Assembly (NCBI GenBank): GCA_965223335.1 | Contig: OZ244991.1 | Span: 1,216,001-1,280,000 of the forward strand | DNA from: Thermodesulfobacteriota bacterium | Lineage (GTDB): Bacteria > Desulfobacterota_D > UBA1144 > Nemesobacterales > UBA2774 | Reading direction: 5' to 3' | DNA length: 64,000 nt | Made by a program: the position numbers and the translations under genes | In this document: positions 1 to 8,624 of the stretch, piece after piece | How the letters are laid out: every line of letters starts with the position of its first letter | How positions within the stretch are numbered: position 1 is the first letter of the stretch | Notes under the pieces: generated by a model | Databases searched by the model: none | Told to the model about the DNA's origin: nothing | Seen by the model: the letters and a program-made list of their open reading frames with translations, nothing else

Positions 1-65
1 AGAGCCCAGGGGTTTTTACTTACCGCCTCTATCGCTTGATATGAAGTAGTTTCGTAATAAGAGGC

Positions 66-419
66 TTAATTCGCTGCAATGCAAGCCATTGTCTTTATTT
101 GTGATTTTAGCACCCCGGCGTCTAGCTCAAATATGTTTAGCGATCTGTTTAGGGTCACCAAGCTTATATTCTCCACTGTTAATCTTTCACTGCCCTTAAC
201 CCAGTACACACACACTATCATTTTTACGCCGTCAGGGTGAGTGATCATAATAGAACTATATTTTTCAATACCCATTATCACAGGGCTATCTGCCACAACT
301 TTGGCTTCGTACCCGTCACTGTTGTACTCCACTATCAGTTCTGCAAACACGGGCAGCACTATATTCTCAAATACCCGGTCCACCCTATCTTCCAAATTCC
401 AATCCGAGCTTTCATTCAC
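66..419 (-). CDS. Hypothetical protein (~117 aa)
   Basis: ORF 66..449. GTG at 419 is preceded by a GGAGAG SD-like motif. Last gene of the co-oriented kef run; no motif recognised. Confidence 0.7.
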   Translation of the reverse strand: MNESSDWNLEDRVDRVFENIVLPVFAELIVEYNSDGYEAKVVADSPVIMGIEKYSSIMITHPDGVKMIVCVYWVKGSERLTVENISLVTLNRSLNIFELDAGVLKSQIKTMACIAAN

Positions 420-462
420 AGTGTATCTCTCCGTAGCTTTTGTTTGCAAAAATTAATGCTTA

Positions 463-840
463 CTAGCTAAGGTCTAGCGCATATTTTTTCAGATCCTCAA
501 GGCTCACCACCTCGAGTGCCGATTCGTGTGTAGAGACCAATACTACCGGGGGTGCTACCCCTGACTCAAGTGCGTCTTTCCATCTCTCGGCACATACACA
601 CCACCGGTCTCCGGGTTTTAACCCTGGGAACTCAAAGTCCGGGTTAGGCGTGCTCAGATCGTTGCCCGCAGCTTTGGAGAATTCCAAAAACTCCTGGTTG
701 ACCTCTACACAGATCACATGTCGGCCCAGGTCCTCGGGCCCCGATCGACAGCACCCGTCTCTATAAAAACCCGTCATGGGCGAAGTGGAACAGTCCTCGA
801 GCTTACCGCCAAATACATTTTTCTCTTCATCTGTAGCCAT
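463..840 (-). CDS. DUF2237 family protein
   Basis: Motifs NVFG..LE.CS..PMTGFYRDGCC, H.ICV, GNDLSTP and PGLKPGDRWCVCA.RW. ATG at 840 follows GGAGG. Confidence 0.9.
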   Translation of the reverse strand: MATDEEKNVFGGKLEDCSTSPMTGFYRDGCCRSGPEDLGRHVICVEVNQEFLEFSKAAGNDLSTPNPDFEFPGLKPGDRWCVCAERWKDALESGVAPPVVLVSTHESALEVVSLEDLKKYALDLS

Positions 841-867
841 GCCTAGAGTCCTCCGCATTAAGCTTAG

Positions 868-2727
868 TTATCTCTGTACCGTGCCCGGGCGCTCCCAGGC
901 GGTGTCTACACTATACTCCATTTCCACTTGGTCCGACGATAGCAGATTAATCAGATCATCGTTACGCTCTTTGGTATGTAATATAAAAGATTTTTCGTCG
1001 TCCCACATCTCATAGAGCGCCGAGAGAGTTTTCTCGTCGTGGTGTTTAAACACAAGCGATTTCCTGTGTGCTTCGTAAGCCCTATGTCCCAAGAGCACAA
1101 GTGCTTCTGCGCCCAGCTCAAGAGCCGAGCTAAAGGTCTCTCGCCTTATGATCTTTACCCCCCTTTTCATCAGCTCATATGTGTGTCTGCGGTCAAACGA
1201 CCTGGCTAGTATCGTTAAGTTCGGGAAGTGTTTCGTTACAGTCTCTGCAACCTCAAGTGCTTTTTCTTTATCATCTATCGCGAGCACAAAGAGTTTAGCG
1301 TCTGCGGCTCCTGCCGAATGTAGGAGCTCTATACGCGAGGCGTCTCCATAAAATATTTTGTACCCGAACTTCCTAAGCATCTCTATTTGACCCGGTTTAT
1401 GGTCAAGGACTGTTGTACCTATCTTGTTCGCGTGCAACAGTCGGCCTGTAATCTGCCCGAACCTGCCGAATCCGGCGATTATAACCGAGTTCTGTTCATC
1501 AATTATATCATGTTTCTTTTCGGGTTCTCTGGTTTTAATGAGCGGTGAAATCAGTTTTTCGTTCAATATCAACAGGATCGGTGCCACAAACATGGATATA
1601 GCCACTACCAATATTAGAGTGTCTGTGTAAGCCGCAGGAATCACGTTGTTCTGTGTCGCAAAAGCAAACAGCACAAACGCAAACTCCCCGCCCTCTGCGA
1701 GCGCAAACGAAAAGAGCAGGTTATCTCTCAGCCGTAGATTAAAGGCTCTACCGAGCGCAAATAAAACTACAAATTTAAGTGCCATGATCGATAACACCAG
1801 TGCAGTTATTAATACCGCTTCACTGAAAAGCAGATTAAAATTAATGATTGCCCCCACAGAGATGAAAAACAGCCCCAGCAATAGTCCCTTAAAAGGCTCA
1901 ATATTGGACTCAAGCTCGTGACGGTACTCGCTCTCTGCAAGCACCACACCAGCCAAGAATGTGCCCAATGCCGGCGAGAGTCCCACCATCTGCATCAAAA
2001 GCGCTATACCAATCACAATAAGCAGTGCAAACGCTGTAAACACGTCCCTCAGTTTGGTCTCGGCAATAAAACGGAATATGTATCTGGCAAAAAACCTTCC
2101 CACTGCTACTATACCAACCATTATGGCTACCACCATAAGCGCCTGCTGCCAGCCCGCCATAGTTTGGAACCCGCTCGAGCCGTGGGAATCCGTTACAACC
2201 GGCTGTGTGACTGCCAGTAGCGGCATAAGAGCCAACATCGGTATAATGGCTATGTCTTGAAACAAGAGCACAGAAAAACTTGATTCCCCTGCCTCGGTCT
2301 TCATAAGGCCCTTTTCCGTTAGGGTTTGCAGGATTATGGCTGTTGACGAGAGTGCCAGTGTTAAGCCTATGGCTAATGATATCCGCCAGTCCTTTATGAA
2401 ATAGGTTGCCACAGCCGCAATCATAATTGACGTAATTACTACCTGCAGTCCCCCGAGTCCCACTATAGGTTTTCTTAGCTTCCAGAGTAACGAGGGTTTT
2501 AGTTCGAGCCCGACTAAAAATAGCATCATTACCACCCCGAACTCGGCAAAGTGCATGACCTCTTTTGTGTCCTTGCCCAAAAACCCGAACACATACGGTC
2601 CAATTGCAATGCCGGCTATCAGGTACCCCAACACCGAGCCCAGCCCCAGCCGCTTTGCAATTGGTACTGATATTACCGCTGCTAACAGGTATACGAATGC
2701 GCTGAATAGAAAGCCTTCTCCTTCCAT
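868..2727 (-). CDS. kefC: Glutathione-regulated K+ efflux antiporter, CPA2 family (KefB/KefC type)
   Basis: Hydrophobic CPA2 domain, the HELESNIEPFKGLLLGLFF regulatory loop, and a C-terminal KTN domain (IIAGFGRFGQ). Confidence 0.88.
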   Translation of the reverse strand: MEGEGFLFSAFVYLLAAVISVPIAKRLGLGSVLGYLIAGIAIGPYVFGFLGKDTKEVMHFAEFGVVMMLFLVGLELKPSLLWKLRKPIVGLGGLQVVITSIMIAAVATYFIKDWRISLAIGLTLALSSTAIILQTLTEKGLMKTEAGESSFSVLLFQDIAIIPMLALMPLLAVTQPVVTDSHGSSGFQTMAGWQQALMVVAIMVGIVAVGRFFARYIFRFIAETKLRDVFTAFALLIVIGIALLMQMVGLSPALGTFLAGVVLAESEYRHELESNIEPFKGLLLGLFFISVGAIINFNLLFSEAVLITALVLSIMALKFVVLFALGRAFNLRLRDNLLFSFALAEGGEFAFVLFAFATQNNVIPAAYTDTLILVVAISMFVAPILLILNEKLISPLIKTREPEKKHDIIDEQNSVIIAGFGRFGQITGRLLHANKIGTTVLDHKPGQIEMLRKFGYKIFYGDASRIELLHSAGAADAKLFVLAIDDKEKALEVAETVTKHFPNLTILARSFDRRHTYELMKRGVKIIRRETFSSALELGAEALVLLGHRAYEAHRKSLVFKHHDEKTLSALYEMWDDEKSFILHTKERNDDLINLLSSDQVEMEYSVDTAWERPGTVQR

Positions 2728-2729
2728 AG

Positions 2730-3347
2730 CTACACACTCCAGGATTCAAATTTGTCTAAATAATATGAGTTTAATGATTCGAAACGCATGGCACTTTCCA
2801 GATCAAATTCACCACTTGCAATAGAATCGAGAATGTTTGAGTACATATCCGAATAGACCGCAATATCTCGGGGCTCTGTCAATTCGTGGGTGCCGTATAC
2901 TACAAACGGCGGGGCGTATCTCATTCTGCAGAGGTTTGCGGTCTGTTTAAAGGGCAAAAGAAACTCACTTAAGCTGTGTTCGTGAATACCCTCTTTCTGA
3001 TATGCCAAGGACCCCCCGCCGGTCGTAACGGCGTTAAAGAGGACCTTGTTCTCAAGCGCCGTACCCCCCTCTCCGTATGCAAATCCGTACTCGAGCACCA
3101 GGTCCATCCACTCTTTTATTATGGATGGTGAGCTGTACCAATATATGGGGTGCTGGAGTACCACAACATCGTGCGAGACTAATCGGGCCTGCTCTTGTTC
3201 AACATCTATTATAAAATCCGGATAAGATTCGTATAGATCGACGAGTGTTATGTGGTCTTTGTTTCCGAGTGCTTCTGCAAGTTTTATGTTTACTTTTGAT
3301 TTCTGAAGTGCAGGGTGTGCGAATATTACAAGGATCCGTTTTTCCAT
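2730..3347 (-). CDS. Kef ancillary NAD(P)H oxidoreductase (KefF/KefG, flavodoxin-2 fold)
   Basis: Motifs AHP....S..N, DLYE.YPDF.IDV..EQ, QHPIYWYS.P..KEW.D and TTGG. Directly upstream of the Kef antiporter. Confidence 0.88.
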   Translation of the reverse strand: MEKRILVIFAHPALQKSKVNIKLAEALGNKDHITLVDLYESYPDFIIDVEQEQARLVSHDVVVLQHPIYWYSSPSIIKEWMDLVLEYGFAYGEGGTALENKVLFNAVTTGGGSLAYQKEGIHEHSLSEFLLPFKQTANLCRMRYAPPFVVYGTHELTEPRDIAVYSDMYSNILDSIASGEFDLESAMRFESLNSYYLDKFESWSV

Positions 3348-3405
3348 ATTCGATTATCCTCGATGTGTCCAAGTGGGTTCACAGTGATCACATAGCTATC
3401 ATTTG

Positions 3406-4593
3406 TTACTGATTTGCTTTACCCTTGTGATTTTTAAATGTGATCTGCAGCACCCCGCTTTCGAGGTGGGCTTTTTTAACATTCATCTTGGCCAGGAAGT
3501 TGGGTAGAAATATGTTCCTGCGCTGGTTATCAACCTGTATCGTCAGTTCGTCACCTACCTGGTGTAGATCGACGTCGCGTTTCTTAACAAACGGCAGCTT
3601 GAGGTAGATCTTGTACTCTCCCTCTTCTTTCTCCAGATGGTACGGCTTGTCATCATACATTATGTCCGAGGGGTTAGTGTTCGCAAACAGTGTGGCGCCG
3701 AATTTCTCTATGTCCTCCCATCCCATAACCTCTTTCGGAAATAGCGGGGCCTCGAGCGTAGGTAGGGGGCTAAAATGCTCGTCAACCTCCTTTCTATAAG
3801 CCTGCTGGTATTTCCTCCACTCTTTAAAGTAGGGGTGGTCAAGCTCCTCGGGCATTGTGCGGTTGAGCACTATTGCGTCTACGGGGTAGCCGTACAGGTT
3901 TAGGTAGGTGTATGCTCTTTGGGTCTCTTTAATCACCATTTTCTCCAGGTTCATTACAAGGCGTATAGAGGTGATCTCTGAGTCCGAAAACACCTTGTGT
4001 ATGGCATCAAGCTTCTCGAACAGGTCCTCTATGGCATCGTAGGTTTTTTCCTCGGGAAGCGGCATGTCGGAAACAACCTTAACTGCGGGCCTCACTACCT
4101 TAAGCAGTTTTCTCTCGATGGGAAACACCTTTACGATCCACCATCTGGCTACATCGGGTAGCGACAAGAGCCTAAGCGTCTCGCCCGTAGGTGCACTGTC
4201 TACAACAATCACATCGTACGTGTCGTCGGTGTAATGACTGTATACCCAAAGGAAGCAAGAGACCTCTTCCATACCCGGGAACACGCTGAATTCCTCTGCC
4301 AGTATATCGTCTACGTTCATCCAGTTAAATAACGACTGGATGTAGCTTCGCAATTTGCCCCAGTATTTGTCTATAGAGTAGTAAACGTCTATTTCCTGTG
4401 CATAGAGGTTGGGTTTGATTTCCTTTGGTTCCGGGCCCAGTTTCATATCGAGCGCATCACCCAAGCTGTGCGCGGGATCGGTCGATATTACAAGTGTTTT
4501 AAGTCCCCGCCGCGCGGTCTCTGCAGCAGTGGCAGCGGCAGTCGTTGTTTTCCCCACCCCGCCTTTTCCGGTGTACAAGATTATTCTAGCCAT
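3406..4593 (-). CDS. ArsA/Get3-family ATPase, single ATPase domain with C-terminal HSP20-like domain
   Basis: GKGGVGKTT P-loop, STDPAHSL and DSAPTGETLRLL. The C-terminus (LKLPFV..DVDLHQVGDELTIQV..RRNIFLP..A.LE.GVLQI.F) is alpha-crystallin-like. Confidence 0.88.
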   Translation of the reverse strand: MARIILYTGKGGVGKTTTAAATAAETARRGLKTLVISTDPAHSLGDALDMKLGPEPKEIKPNLYAQEIDVYYSIDKYWGKLRSYIQSLFNWMNVDDILAEEFSVFPGMEEVSCFLWVYSHYTDDTYDVIVVDSAPTGETLRLLSLPDVARWWIVKVFPIERKLLKVVRPAVKVVSDMPLPEEKTYDAIEDLFEKLDAIHKVFSDSEITSIRLVMNLEKMVIKETQRAYTYLNLYGYPVDAIVLNRTMPEELDHPYFKEWRKYQQAYRKEVDEHFSPLPTLEAPLFPKEVMGWEDIEKFGATLFANTNPSDIMYDDKPYHLEKEEGEYKIYLKLPFVKKRDVDLHQVGDELTIQVDNQRRNIFLPNFLAKMNVKKAHLESGVLQITFKNHKGKANQ

Positions 4594-4712
4594 AGTAACT
4601 TCCCCATATAATTTCTCGTGTTTGATTCATTTTACCATCTTTGCCTGTTCTTGACATAAGTATATAGAACCATATTATTAATATCCGATATTAATTGCAG
4701 AGGTACGGACTG

Positions 4713-4859
4713 ATGACAAACACTCAAGAGCCTACAACATCTCAGAAAAGCGAAGGCATCTCAGCTATATTTGTAATCCTACCCTTGGCGGTCTTAGCTG
4801 CCACAGTTCTGCTGGCAATTGCCGGCGTATACAGCACCTTTATAAACCCGACGTTTTAG
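4713..4859 (+). CDS. Small single-pass membrane protein (48 aa), not in the ORF track
   Basis: ATG4713..TAG4859 encodes MTNTQEPTTSQKSEGISAIFVILPLAVLAATVLLAIAGVYSTFINPTF. A GAGGT SD-like motif lies upstream and there is one ~24-aa hydrophobic helix. Confidence 0.7.
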   Translation: MTNTQEPTTSQKSEGISAIFVILPLAVLAATVLLAIAGVYSTFINPTF

Positions 4860-5100
4860 CTCCTGTTTTTCCATATTCGGGGCTCGGTCGACTAGGTGTT
4901 GGGGTTGGTATATTTAGACCGAGACAACCCTAAGTGTGAATTACTAGATCCTTCCTATTCTCAAATTCAAGTAAAAAAAGATTTGCGAAATACATTAATA
5001 ATATGTTATGGTAAAGCCCGAGGTGCAGATACGGTCACTTAAACGCTTGCTTGAGTGAGGGGTTGGGACAGCATTTCACCTATATATTGGAGGGTCTACA

Positions 5101-5931
5101 ATGGAAAAGGATCGTATGACTTTACTCCTTGTAACTCCTGGGAGTAAAGGAGCCAAGTCTATTAACATCAAGATTTCCCATTTCAGGTATGCATTTATAT
5201 TCCTATTTGTTTTTGCACTAATATCTGTTGTTGCTATAGCGTCAACCTTTACCTTCTATCAAAAGTCCGAAGGCAAAAAAGAGTCAATAAACGAGCTTGT
5301 AAACACTGTTCAGGCTCTTAACCAGGACCTTAACCAAAGCGAGGTTGTAGAGGCTAAGCTAAGAACCAAGCTAAAAAATATTGAAACCAAGCTTATAGAG
5401 ATGCAAAAACTGCTCGACAAAAAGGGGCTTAAAAACGAGCTATCCGTTGGCGGTGAATATATCCCCGCCGACAGGCTTAGCGTGTCTTATGTGGAGTTCA
5501 TGCAAAAAGACATAGACGAGCTCTTGAGTACAATAGAAAAATTCCCCGTGGGCAAACCACTTAAAGGTAGAATAAATTCATCCTACGGCTATAGGAAAGA
5601 CCCCTACAGATCCAGACTGGCCTTTCATTCCGGCATTGATCTAGATGCCTATCACGGACAGTCCGTCCTGGTTACGGCAGACGGCACAGTTACGGAGGCC
5701 GGGTGGAAGTCGAGCTACGGCAAAGCAGTTGTGGTTAGACACAAGGACAACTTCAAAACCCTCTATGGCCATCTGTCCGCGATCAAAGTAAAAGAGGGCC
5801 AAAAGGTAAAAGCCGGCCAGGTAATTGGCAAGGCCGGGTCCACAGGCCGCTCTACCGGCACACACCTGCACTACGAGATCATAAAAGACGGCAAGACTAT
5901 AAATCCAAAAAAATATTTAACCTTAAAATAG
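5101..5931 (+). CDS. M23 (LytM) peptidoglycan endopeptidase with N-terminal TM and coiled coil
   Basis: Zinc motifs HSGIDL and STGTHLHYEI, plus YGHL. TM at ~aa 30-53; GGAGG SD. Confidence 0.92.
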   Translation: MEKDRMTLLLVTPGSKGAKSINIKISHFRYAFIFLFVFALISVVAIASTFTFYQKSEGKKESINELVNTVQALNQDLNQSEVVEAKLRTKLKNIETKLIEMQKLLDKKGLKNELSVGGEYIPADRLSVSYVEFMQKDIDELLSTIEKFPVGKPLKGRINSSYGYRKDPYRSRLAFHSGIDLDAYHGQSVLVTADGTVTEAGWKSSYGKAVVVRHKDNFKTLYGHLSAIKVKEGQKVKAGQVIGKAGSTGRSTGTHLHYEIIKDGKTINPKKYLTLK

Positions 5932-5933
5932 CT

Positions 5934-6395
5934 ATGGGAATGTTCGATAAAAAAAAGGGGAAACAGTCCAACCATAAACCCGAGTCCTCCGCCCGGAACC
6001 AGATTACCACGTTAATAGCCGAGGGTAGTTTGTTCGAGGGCAACCTGACCTGCTCCACATCCACACGGATCGACGGCAGGTTACAGGGCAAACTGACCGG
6101 TGAAAACACGGTTATAGTGGGCGAGACGGGTTTTATAGACGGCGAGGTCCACGCCCACGAGGTTGTGGTTTATGGGAAGATTGAGGGTGTTATCGAATCC
6201 AAACGTATGGAGATCAAGCACACTGGCAGCGTTGAGGGTGATACATTCATAGACTCTTTAGTAGTTGAAGAGGGTGGGGTGTACAACGGTCGGTGCTCCA
6301 TGAGCCATACTCACGAGAGTATCTACATCGAGGCCTCGGGCGATAATGTAAAGGAGATTCAGCCCGCAGCCGAAGTCATGGAAGCGGATTCATAA
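5934..6395 (+). CDS. Bactofilin (polymer-forming cytoskeletal protein, CcmA family)
   Basis: Beta-helix pattern TLIAEGSLFEGNL...RIDG.L.G....VIVGETG.I.GEV.A..VVVYG.IEG...G.VEGD....L.VEEGG..NG.C.M. Confidence 0.92.
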   Translation: MGMFDKKKGKQSNHKPESSARNQITTLIAEGSLFEGNLTCSTSTRIDGRLQGKLTGENTVIVGETGFIDGEVHAHEVVVYGKIEGVIESKRMEIKHTGSVEGDTFIDSLVVEEGGVYNGRCSMSHTHESIYIEASGDNVKEIQPAAEVMEADS

Positions 6396-6463
6396 CCTGT
6401 CCCAGATCTAGACAACTCGTTGCACCTGCCGATAGTTGTGTTAATTGGCCGGTATAGCTGAAC

Positions 6464-6916
6464 TTAATGATGGTGTTGGTGCATCTTGGTGTCTTTTACC
6501 AAAGCTTCTATCTCGATGCTCCCCGCTCTCTCAAATTCCAATATCAATTTAGCGCTATCACCATCAGCAACCGAGCTTTTTACATCGATAAGCATCAGAT
6601 GTGTGGCCCCGGGTTTAAGCTCCACGGTCGTATTTTTAGGGATCTCAAGCCACTCTAGTTTTTTCATCGTAGCCACGTCGTTTGAGTCCACCTCTGTCGT
6701 GTGCATCTCAGCCGTGGATGCGAAATCAGAAGTAACAGCCACCAGCTTGTCATCCTCCCCACCGCTGTTTTCTATGGTGAAGTAGGCGGCTGTGACGGTT
6801 GAGCCCTCGGGCAACGCCCTTATCCAGGCGTCTGATATTTTTATGCTTGATTCCCCATAAGCGCTTATGGTTACCGCGATTACTAAGAGTGCGGATACGA
6901 AGGTTTTTCTAATCAA
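6464..6916 (-). CDS. Copper chaperone PCu(A)C
   Basis: Signal peptide, AWIRA, TAAYFTI.N, Cu ligands EMH..M and PG.THLML, and a His-rich tail. Confidence 0.92.
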   Translation of the reverse strand: MIRKTFVSALLVIAVTISAYGESSIKISDAWIRALPEGSTVTAAYFTIENSGGEDDKLVAVTSDFASTAEMHTTEVDSNDVATMKKLEWLEIPKNTTVELKPGATHLMLIDVKSSVADGDSAKLILEFERAGSIEIEALVKDTKMHQHHH

Positions 6917-6930
6917 TTCTATGCTCCTTT

Positions 6931-7539
6931 TTATCGAATTCTCTCTATATCTTTTGCGATTTCTTTGGGGTCATGTCTGTTTTGCGGGTAGCGTACCTGG
7001 AAGTTCCCGTCTTCGTCTATTAAGAGCACCGACGAGGTGTGTCCCATCAAGTAACCCGCCTCTGTATCGGTCTCTTCTTTTGTATAGAACACACGGTAGG
7101 CTTCCGCCACCTCTTTTATCTCATCGCTACTGCCTGTAAGCCCTATGAACCCGTTATTAAAATGAGACACATAGCTCTTTAATTTCTCGGGTGTGTCGCG
7201 CTCGGGGTCGACTGTGATAAACACTGCCTCGACCTTGTCGTTTTCGTTCTCTAGGTTATTGATAGCGCTGTTTATCACCGACAGTGTTACAGGGCAGATA
7301 TCCGGACAGTGCGTATAACCAAAGAACAACAGCACCACCTTGCCTTTTAGATCCGTGAGACTAGTCTGCCCACCGTCTTGGTTGGTTAGAGTAAACTCCG
7401 GGGCTTTCCCATCGTAAGCAATACCATACAACTCACTCTTTTTATTTATAGAGTGCAATTGGTACAGGATCACAGCCCAGCCCGCAACAAGCAGCAGAAA
7501 AATGACAGCTAGTATATATAGGTATTTCTTCTTTTTCAT
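6931..7539 (-). CDS. SCO1/SenC family copper protein
   Basis: N-terminal TM, FFGYTHCPDICP (CxxxC), TVDPERDT and the conserved His in MGHTS. Confidence 0.93.
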   Translation of the reverse strand: MKKKKYLYILAVIFLLLVAGWAVILYQLHSINKKSELYGIAYDGKAPEFTLTNQDGGQTSLTDLKGKVVLLFFGYTHCPDICPVTLSVINSAINNLENENDKVEAVFITVDPERDTPEKLKSYVSHFNNGFIGLTGSSDEIKEVAEAYRVFYTKEETDTEAGYLMGHTSSVLLIDEDGNFQVRYPQNRHDPKEIAKDIERIR

Positions 7540-7625
7540 AGGTTGGATAATCCTTCGGTGTTGATGTGCCCTAATTAATATGCCCTAGATTTTGGGTGAG
7601 TAAATATGTGGTGTTTCAGGGCTCC

Positions 7626-7721
7626 AAATACAACAAGAGGGAATGTCCAAGTTTTGGTCTCGAACATTCCCACTTTAAAGGAGGATGGAGGATGATTTGT
7701 TAAGTATTGCAGTTAAGATAC
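7626..7721 (-). ncRNA. Candidate small RNA with tandem anti-SD motifs and terminator-like hairpin
   Basis: Promoter TTGACA(7756-7751)-17-TATTTT(7733-7728). Transcript contains UCAUCCUCCAUCCUCCUUU and a hairpin at 7675-7635 whose G.U pairs form only on the minus strand, then a U-rich tail. Confidence 0.5.
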
Positions 7722-8066
7722 ATAATAAAAATAAAGTATTTTACTTAAGTTGTCAAGCCTATTTTTTCAACCTATTTCAAATTATCAAAATATTCATTCA
7801 TATGAATAAGTTACGACACGGTATTTGGACGGATAAATAGACGATTTTGGTAGTTTCTCAGTATTTTACAGATCCTTATTGTATTAATATGATACGGTTT
7901 TAAAGCTATTCTTCACGATTCTCTAGACTTATCTCTACGGTATAATCATCTTGAAAGTTAAATGAGCCATGATATATTTGATAGTCCTTTTGGTGATTAT
8001 AATTATATAGGTGTTAGTATAGGGTAGCTGGGTGCGGGGTTAGTCTTCTATTAATCAATCTAAAAA

Positions 8067-8141
8067 GGCGGCGTAGCTCAGAGGTAGAGCAGGGCTCTCA
8101 TAAGGCCTTTGTCGGTGGTTCGATTCCACCCGTCGCCACCA
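8067..8141 (+). tRNA. tRNA with CAT anticodon, most likely elongator tRNA-Met
   Basis: Cloverleaf: acceptor GGCGGCG/CGTCGCC, D arm GCTC/GAGC, anticodon loop CTCATAA, T arm GGTGG-TTCGATT-CCACC, encoded CCA. The G1-C72 pair excludes fMet; G2-C71 and C3-G70 favour Met over Ile2. Confidence 0.93.
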
Positions 8142-8181
8142 TTGCTAATCTCTACGTATTACAAGAGTTGAAGAGATAGAA

Positions 8182-8517
8182 TTATTTTTTAGCCTCTTTT
8201 TTCACGATTTTTACCTTCCACTCCCCCTGCGCGTTCATATCCAGGTAGTATGTGCCTCCCTCTTCCTGGATCGATGTACCTTTTCCAGGACCTATTTGCT
8301 CGGCTGCAAAACCCAAGGGAACACTATCGGCGCTGTTTATTAGGATTTGAAGGTACTGTCCCTTTGTTTCCCACTCAATTTCCCAGTTATCAGGCACAGT
8401 AAAGGGCTCGGTGCTAAATGTTTCACTGCCGCTAAATTCCTTTATTACCTCATCCGCACCTGCAGGTACTACGAAGCAAACTGCTATTAAGATCCCAACT
8501 GCTATATGTCTTTTCAT
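8182..8517 (-). CDS. Hypothetical exported beta-rich protein
   Basis: Signal peptide ending in AGA and a GGAGA SD. Confidence 0.8.
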   Translation of the reverse strand: MKRHIAVGILIAVCFVVPAGADEVIKEFSGSETFSTEPFTVPDNWEIEWETKGQYLQILINSADSVPLGFAAEQIGPGKGTSIQEEGGTYYLDMNAQGEWKVKIVKKEAKK

Positions 8518-8624
8518 ATTCTCCCTCTGTTCAAATGGTTTTCAGGTTGTTTGACTTGTAACAATGAAGATACTCGAATGAGGTAATTAATGATAGAAAT
8601 TTTGAGACCAACTATAGTTTGTTC

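Noticed and set aside
1910..2749. Long alternative-frame and antisense ORFs (also 13891-14499, 27939-28715, 48640-49404, 62129-62776)
   Set aside because: They overlap well-supported genes and show no motifs; treated as shadow ORFs.
3406..4593. ArsA as an arsenic resistance gene
   Set aside because: Single ATPase domain with an HSP20-like tail; no arsB, acr3, arsC, arsD or arsR nearby.
7685..7840. 51-codon plus-strand ORF after AGGAGG
   Set aside because: The SD abuts the ATG, the sequence is AT-rich and runs across a promoter, and hairpin G.U pairs favour the minus strand.
8067..8520. tRNA as an integration site for a genomic island
   Set aside because: No integrase, and I saw no duplicated tRNA 3' end in the window.
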